Positions 50,551-57,940 of a stretch of 57,940 nt of DNA are shown piece by piece. Source of the stretch: Octopus sinensis (Eukaryota); NCBI RefSeq assembly GCF_006345805.1, contig NW_021833585.1:1-57940 (forward strand). Reading direction: 5' to 3'. Each line of letters opens with the position of its first letter. Position 1 is the first letter of the stretch. The notes beneath the pieces were generated by a model, which saw nothing but the letters and a program-made list of their open reading frames with translations, did no database searches and was not told where the DNA came from. The position numbers and the translations under genes are program-made.

Positions 50551-53500
50551 CTACAGGATCATGCTCAAAATGGTTTCGTTACTAGCACGCACCATCTTTG
50601 CAACATTCCCCATCTTTTTTTGAATCTTTCGCGAGACAAAACTTCCCTCTCCATTCTCACCTTCCTTTCAAGTGGTACTTGAAAAATTTGATGAGCGATT
50701 GGCCAGAGAGGTAAGTGTTTGTCTCTAATCCTTTCGCTCGAGTCCACCACACACATTCTTTCACCATGGCCACCAGTACGATGAAAACTGCCTTGCCTTC
50801 CCGGTTGAGGGAAGGGGGCGGAGCAATTCTCACGATAGACTCGGCCGATAGGCGGATTCGTCCCACACGTGACAGCAGCCGTTCGGCATAAGCCCACAGG
50901 TCGGAAATGGTTGGACATTGCACGAGTGCGTGCAGAACGGTTTCGTCGCTCTGACCGCATCTCGGGCAAGTCGGTCCAGTGTGTCTGGAACCGTGTCTGT
51001 AGAGCTTATCCCGAACAGGTAATGCTTCTCGATAGCACTGCCAGGCCAGGGATCTTTGGTGATTGTTCATAGGTCCCGGCCCGAAAGTTGTCCTGAACAG
51101 GCGGGTCAGGTGTTCCTCGTCGACGCCCAGACTCTGCCCGAGTTCGTCGTCGCACCTCCCCTCCACTAATCCTCTATAGAATGCCTTTGTTGTGATGGAG
51201 TCGCACAAGTTCGATCCCGGACGGCAGAGTTGCTTGAGAGCAACGCGACACTCGCGGTGCCATTCGCCTAGCCTCGGTCTCTGCTTGATCCATGACTGTA
51301 GTTCGTCCAAGGAGACGAGCTGCGGGAAAGCGCGCCGCACAAAAGGCGACCACCCCTGTTCACCGTTGTCTATGAAGCGCCGGAGATGTCGCAGTCTCAG
51401 CGCATGTCTGCGCATCATCAACCACGGCATGCCCAGCCCTCCATTTAGCGGGTGTTGGCAGCAAATGGATCGCCTAACCATCGGAACGTTTCCCTTCCAC
51501 AAGAAGCGGAAGAGTATGCGTTCCAGTTTGGTGATGGTAGGTCGGGACAAGGCACGACGGTCAGACGATACTCGATGACGGATGCGATGTACGCGTTCGC
51601 CACCTCCGCCCGACCTTTTAGGGATAGCTTTCTCTCAGTCCATTTCTGGGTGAGAGTAGCCACCCTAGTCGTTATCCGCCCCCAGTTCTTCTCCATTTGG
51701 AGGTCCGGACCGAACCAGACCCCGAGCAATTTAACCGGTCCGTCCGTCCAGCGTCCACGATGGAGACGCTGTTGGACGGCATGGGCTTGCTTCTCCAGGT
51801 GCCGAGCCGCAAGCCCACTGACTTTTCCCGGTTATTTTGCTCCCGTTACCGCTTCGTATTCTTTCAGTGTCTCGCCGCCAGCTCGATGTGCTCGTAGCTC
51901 GACACTATGACGGTGACGTCATCCGCGTATGCAGACACGCTCCTCCCGCATCCCAGCTCAGCGTCCGCCAGTTTCCGCAGTAGTGGCTCAAGAGTCAGTA
52001 CATACAGCAGCGATGAGAGGGGCATCCCTGACGAACCGAACGCATGATGTTAAAAGGTCTGGATAGATGACCATTTACGCGAACTACTGAGCGGATGCCG
52101 CTGTATAAGGCAGCGATCCAACCGCGGAAAACTGGACCGAAACCAGCCGCTTTGAGGACAGCCTCCAAGTAGTGATGGTCTACCCTATCGAAGGCTTTTG
52201 ATTGATCCAATTGATCAGCGCCCCACCCATGCCAGGATTTTAAACTACCCTGTCTATGATGTAGCGCATCAGATGGAGGTTGTCATGAATACTTCTACCC
52301 GGCACGGCGCATGTTTGCGCCTTGTCGATTAGTTTCTTGATGACAAGCGCCAACCTCTCGGCTAACACCTTGGCCAAAATTTTCAAATCTGCGTTGAGCA
52401 GAGTGATGGGCCTGAAATTATCTATGACGTCCCCCTTGTTTGGGTCTTTCTTGATCAGTGCCACTGCTCCTCGCTTTACAAAAGCAGGAATACTCCCGTT
52501 CTGCTGCCAGTTGCAGTAGACAGCTGCCAAGACGCCTCCAAACAAGTCTGGCATATGAAAATAAAATTCGTAGGGCAGACCATCCAAGCCTGGTGACTTG
52601 TCTCTCGCGCAGCCTACCATCGCATCCTGTACGTCCGCAGCTGTGATAGGCTTTTCAAAGACTCCACCTCCCTTGCTGAGAGTCGTGGCAAGGCATGCAG
52701 GTAGGCACTAAAGTCCACTCTGCTTCTGACTCACCACTTGTCCCAAACAGTTGGGTGAAGTGTTGTTGAAAAACCCCACACATCCTTTTAGGCTCGAGCA
52801 ATTCGCGCCCCTGTTCATCTATAAGAGACTTGATGGTGGCTCTGTTGCCTCGTTGCGTCTCCACCACTCGGGCCTCTTGGGCGGCTCCAACTCCTTCGTT
52901 CCTCAGAGCACGCATCCTAGCTCTGACAACGCATCCCTCGTGTTTGGCGTTGAGGTGTTGGTCGAGGGCCAATCTCGCCGCCAGTACGTTGGACGCGATG
53001 CCAGTTCTAAGTGCCTCTTCTAAAACCTTAACTAATTCTCCCTCTATTCTATTTCGGTCTAATGCTAGGCTCTACTGTATCTGACTGATTCTGCTTTAAT
53101 CGCTTTTTTAGGGCATACCACCATCTGTTGTTGATGATGGTACCCGTCAAAGCTCTCTTAACTAATGTGCTGATCCGGTCCCTGTAAACCTGTCGTGCTG
53201 TAAAAGACGCGTTCAGTTCCAGTAACCAGGACCCTGCCTATGTGTCTTATCTAAGTCAAGTGTACAAGTCACAAACTTGTGATCTGTGTAACTGACTATA
53301 TGAAATTGTGGACAACCTACACTATTTTTATCTATTGTCCTACAGAATACTCTATCTAAGTATGATCTGGACGACCCGATGCGGTTACTCCATGTCCACA
53401 TTGGCACATTCGGGTGGTCCAGTCGGTACCTGTCAGACAGTTGGAAACGTCTGAGCAGGTCTTTGAGGCATTTGCATCCCCTTCTATTGCTATCTCTGCC

Positions 53501-53956
53501 CACGTAGTCTAGATGCGTGTCCAGGGTGGCATTCCAATCCCCCACTAAAAGTAAAGGACGAGACGTTCCCATGAAAGACTCTAGACGTCGAAAGAAATCT
53601 GGTCGGCCTGTTAAGGACGAGCATAAACTGCTATCAGTCGAAAAGCACACTCATTGCTGCCATCGACATCCAAAACGACCAGCCTACCCTCCGGGTCTAG
53701 GAATTTGCTCTTACTTTGAGATCCAGACTCTTCCGGATAAGCACCGCGGTGCCACCTCCGCCCATTCTCGGTAGACACGGAGAAAAATAAATGTTGAAAT
53801 GTGTACCGAAAATGTGCTGGAGTGCCCGCAAGCTGTGGAGTCTGGTCTCACTGATGGCTATGATATTCAGATTTAGTGACTTGATGTCATTTAACAGGTA
53901 GCCTTGTTTCCAAGGCGACCCCAAGCCACGTACATTATACTACCTATTCTGAGCAT
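50551..53956 (-). pseudogene. ORF2 of copy 2: endonuclease-reverse transcriptase, split by several frameshifts
   Basis: MLRIGSI(N)VRGLGSPWKQGYLLNDIK; LLVGDWNA; SYLDRV; TDHKFV; KSPGLDGLPYEFY; DQSKAFDRVDH; AYADDV; CPRCGQSDETVLHALVQC; ends ILSMIL* at 50551. Confidence 0.95.
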
Positions 53957-53998
53957 GTTCCGATAAAAGTGCAAAAAAGGAAAAGGAGAGAGAAAAGG

Positions 53999-56145
53999 TT
54001 ACTTGTTTTTCGAAAGTTCTTTGTCTTTCACCTCACGGTCTTCTTCTATGAGGCTTTTATACAGTTTTTTTGATGAGTACTTTTGAAATCTCCCTACTGC
54101 ATCAGGGTAAAGAGATTTCAGGGTGCTGTATGTGTTCTGTGTCACGTGTATTATTTTAATGTGTTGTGGTGGTGTTGTGTGTGGGTGGTTACTTGTTTTT
54201 ATGTCGTTTTCAGTAATGTTAGTGTTTGACCTAATGTGTTCCATTAGGTCGTGGTTGTTTGTGTTTATGGCTGTCAACATTTTTGGGGGTTTGATGATGG
54301 TGTTTTGTGTTGATGTGTGTGTTTTCTGTGGATGTTTTTTTCGGGAGTGGTGTATCTTCCCGCTTTGTTTGTTATTTTTTCTTTTCTTTTTTTTCCCTTT
54401 TTCTTCTCCCCCCTGTGGCTATTTGCCAATCTTCCGTGTCTTCTTCGTCTAATGACAGATCAGACGAATCGGAGTCAGTCTGGAAGAGGGAAGATTGGGG
54501 GTCTATTGTCGACTGTGTTGGTTTTGTTGTTGGTGTTGTTGGTGAGCGTTTGTTGTGGTGTATGCGGTTTTGGATGTGGGGTTTGGGTATTTGTGTTTGA
54601 GTGATGTGGGTATTGTTGTGTTGTTTAGGGTCTCAATTTTGTGGGGATTTGGAGTTGTAATTGTTTCTTCCTTCATTTTTGCTGGGTGTCTTTTTGGCAG
54701 ATGTCCTTGGTTTGGGAGTTTGGTATATTCTTGGTTGTTGTTGTTGGTGATGCTGCTTCTTTTCTTGTGTGCTGCTTTGGTGTGGTTGTTTGTTTGGTGA
54801 GGTTTGTTTCCTGCAAAAAGTGGTGTGGGTAGTAAACCTTGTTTATTGTTTTTGTTCCGGCTGCTGTTGTTGTTGCTGTTGTTTTCTTGCGGCAGATTTG
54901 CAGTCTTTTTTGAGGTGTTGCTCACTGCCGCATATGTAGCAACGTGGTCTTCTGCCATCGACGACCACATATAACTTGTGGTCGTCTGATACACATATCT
55001 GGGTGGGTATTTTTTTTAATATCCTCATGATGTATATGTAGAAGAAATTCTATTTTTTGTCCCACCCAGTTTTATGCTCTGTGACTGTGGTTTCCAAAAT
55101 AGTATAATTCGCCATTTTTACGCATAAGGCCTTTACAAGCCATAGGCTATTGGCTATTTTGGGGACATTGTTTAGAGTGATCTTAGTCACTTTCTGTCCC
55201 CGATAGCTTGGTGTAAGTTGGAGTTCATCTGAGTGAAGAGTTAGCGTTGAGAATGTCTAGCTAACTCTTCGGTGTAGAAAACAACTTGTATGTGGGCAAA
55301 TTTGTTCCACCAGGTTACATTTCTTTGTGATCCCAGATGGGTTTCAAGCACTTCTCTATTTTGCTTGTGTTGGCCTTCTCTGGGATTTTTGTTTTTTTGT
55401 TAACTATTTTATAAATGATTGTTCGTCTTTTTTCATTTTCCAAATATCTTCTGGTATGTTTATTTTTACTATACCTTCTGATTCTGTTATTTTGATGTTC
55501 GTGTCCTGTATTTGTTGAGCCGTAAAGTATATTGTTGTTTTTTTTTTCTTTAATCATCGCCTCAGCGAAATTGTTGTTGTTTTGTTATTGTTGTTGCTTG
55601 TGGTGATGTTGTTGTTGGCTGCAGTTTGTAAAATTGGTGTGTTTGGTTCGATCGTGCTAGTAGGAAGGGGTGGAAAATTGCCTGCGTACTTTAGTCCTGC
55701 ACTAGGGCAAAATTCGACATTTCGTTTGCTTGTCGTCGTTATTTTTCACTGTTTGGTGATGGAGTGAGCAGTGGTTGAAGGGAATTGTTGTTGTCGTCGT
55801 TGTTGTTGTTGTTATTGTCGTTCTTGGTGACGGCGGTGGTGTTGGTAGTATTAGTAGCATTGACGGCACGGTCTTTGGTGGCGGTGATGGTGATGTTGTT
55901 ATTGGTGGCGATATCTTTAGTAGGGATAGCAGTTTTAGTAGCAGATTCTGCCATGGTGTTGGTGGTGGTGGTGGACTCACTGATGGTGTTGACGGTGCTT
56001 GGCCTTGCGACCTTTGTTTTGTATTTGTTGCTGTTGGTGGTGGTGGGTTGTCAGGTTCGGCGTATGCTAACAGAGCATCCTGTTTTTTTCTGTTTTCTGC
56101 GTCACGCTTCACTTGCAACTCAGCCTCGTGGTGGCCAGTGGCCAT
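53999..56145 (-). pseudogene. ORF1 (gag-like) of copy 2, frameshifted
   Basis: Probable start MATGHHEAELQVKRDAENRKK at 56145, a P/T/N-rich segment, FAEAMIKEKK, RRTIIYKI...IEKCLKPIW, LYVVVDGRRPRCYICGSEQHLKKDC (54900-54941), WQIATGG, and a C-terminal domain. Confidence 0.85.
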
Positions 56146-56359
56146 TTTGGAAATAAAATGGCTAAATGAAACCACGAAGGCTATGAGAATTTTTTCTTTT
56201 AATTTTGCCCACAAGGGGCAAAATTTTGTGTCGATATTTATCAAAGGTTTACAGTGGATGTTGTTGCACAACTTTTAGCACAAAATGTTTGTCATATACA
56301 CTTTTAAATAGTCAAAATAAATGATTACCTCGGAGCTGAAACGACATCACATCCGTCAG

Positions 56360-56437
<78 letters not shown>

Positions 56438-56462
56438 GATAGATATATAGATAGATAGATAT
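56360..56462 (+). repeat. (GATA)n array at the 5' boundary of copy 2
   Basis: Visible, near-pure. Confidence 0.98.
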
Positions 56463-57354
56463 ACAAGCAGTATTACATAATATACTAACTCAATATCAAA
56501 CCGTCTTTAAATTTTGTTGGCTATCTATCTCTCCATCACCTATCTACATATTTATGTGTGTACGTAGTGCGTATGTGTGCCTGTGTTTTAGCTTGGGTGT
56601 GTAGAGAAATGGCCGTGAGACTAGGCCGTAAAATTTCAGTTCAACTTAGCTGAATCACTTGGAATGCACTATAGTTTAACAATGTAGACTATTCTCGTAG
56701 TCTATTAAACGAACTGAAATAATCTACTTCAGAAGATGTGCCATAACAATTAAAATATGGAATATTTGCTTCATGAGTCGCCTGGGACATAGATGTTTCG
56801 TGAGTTATTTTATATACTGTGCTGTGATTAAATTATAAACAGATAACGTATTAGCCGGATGATATAGAATAGTTGTTCATATCTCGAGATCGTCAGTGCT
56901 TGATGTATTAGTCTGCCAAGAGAAGACACAAGAGGGACAAAACGAAATGATTATACATCTTTTTGGTGGAAAGTACGAATAAAAATTTGCCATTGCGCAG
57001 CTGGAGGCATATTACTTGTTAGGATGTTGAAACATCTTCCAGGAGTAATATATATGTTTCTGTCACAGGAATTTAGGGAGAAAAACTTTTATGTATATCT
57101 GAGACGATTTGAATCATTAGGAAGTACGAAAGCGTTTGGTCATCGCTCAACGATTTTCTTTCCAGTACTCTCCTTATTTATTTTCCTTATTAAAATCTCT
57201 TTCTTTCAAATACTCAGTTTTTTTTTTCTCACCTTGAACCTTCCTTCTTTATCCCCACGTCTCTTTTCTCCGTGCATCTCTCCTTTAACCCTACTTATAT
57301 TCTTCAAATCTTCGAATTTATCCCCATATATAGTTTAGATGTTTTTACACAGAT

Positions 57355-57649
57355 TAGGTCTCTCTCTCTCTCTCTTCTCTTCTCCTTCTCTCTCTCTCTC
57401 TCTTCTCTCTCGTCTCTGTCGCATCTCTCTCTCCATCTGTCTCTCTTTCCTCTCACTAATTCTCTCTCCGCTCAATCACTGTTTACTAAACATTTAAGAC
57501 TACAAAATCATGCTATCCCCATATTCCATCTATGTTTTCATGTCTCTTCATATCTTGCCCATCTCACACACAAGTATTCCCATTCTAGCATCCCTAAAAT
57601 TTCATTTCTCTACCCTACCACCCTTTCTCTATATCAATCACCTCTCCTC

Positions 57650-57680
<31 letters not shown>
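57355..57680. repeat. (CT)n-rich low-complexity region
   Basis: Visible dinucleotide tracts. Confidence 0.85.
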
Positions 57681-57940
57681 GCCACTCTCGCCCCACCTGC
57701 CCCGAATCACTCATTACAAAAATCAAACCATTCCTTGAAGCCAGAGACTAAACAAACGTCTAATGTTTGAAAACACAATTTAAATCTCAAATTAGGATTT
57801 CAATCAGCCAAATAAAAAACGCAGAATGAAAAAAAAATTTGAGGAAAACAGATAAAAATGGCCCCCCAAAAAATATTATTAAACTAAATATATAAAATAC
57901 TGAGGAAAAAACATTCATTTACTACTTAAATTTAAATTAT

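Larger units (their letters stand above)
50248..56357 (-). mobile_element. Tx1-like (L1-clade) non-LTR retrotransposon, copy 2, apparently full length (about 6.1 kb)
   Basis: Same architecture as copy 1 plus an ORF1 N-terminus and a putative 5' UTR; 3' end ctgtgtggctAATAAAagaaag followed by (TATC)n; (TATC)n also lies directly upstream. Confidence 0.93.

Noticed and set aside
49925-55572. Motif TTTCGC[CT]GAGGCGAT near the 5' part of both Tx1-like copies, at first read as a 5' RNA hairpin or promoter
   Set aside because: It encodes the conserved ORF1 peptide FAEA, and in copy 2 it is internal to ORF1; protein-level constraint explains it.
55775-56278. 167-aa Val/Gly-rich plus-strand ORF
   Set aside because: It is the antisense of the Thr/Pro/Asn-rich ORF1 N-terminus of Tx1-like copy 2.

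Overview
A 58-kb AT-rich, microsatellite-saturated stretch of animal genomic DNA. By inference it is a coleoid cephalopod, very likely Octopus, judging from its SINE and mariner families and its density of (TA)n, (TATG)n, (TAA)n, (GAT)n and (GATA)n repeats. I cannot support any host protein-coding gene: almost all ORFs in the supplied track are microsatellite translations or antisense frames of transposons. The window is mostly a transposon graveyard, with Tc1 and mariner copies, RTE, CR1-like and Tx1-like LINE fragments, more than 15 tRNA-type SINE pieces and a Helitron-like pair. Two things stand out. (1) At 44.6-56.4 kb, two related but diverged Tx1-like (L1-clade) non-LTR retrotransposons lie head-to-tail, and each is bounded by (GATA)n/(TATC)n or GATA-containing tracts in the same orientation, which suggests a (TATC)n-targeting lineage. 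They share an unassigned ORF1 C-terminal domain and a 3'-UTR stem-loop. The four frameshifts I traced are all single-base homopolymer contractions, so the elements may be more intact than they look. (2) A minimal type I hammerhead ribozyme sits in a perfect 63-bp inverted repeat at 23.5 kb, with further degenerate hammerhead-like motifs at 9.0 kb and 35.7-35.9 kb, consistent with Penelope-like elements. Coordinates of degenerate elements are approximate, and all family assignments come from motif recognition by eye, not database searches.
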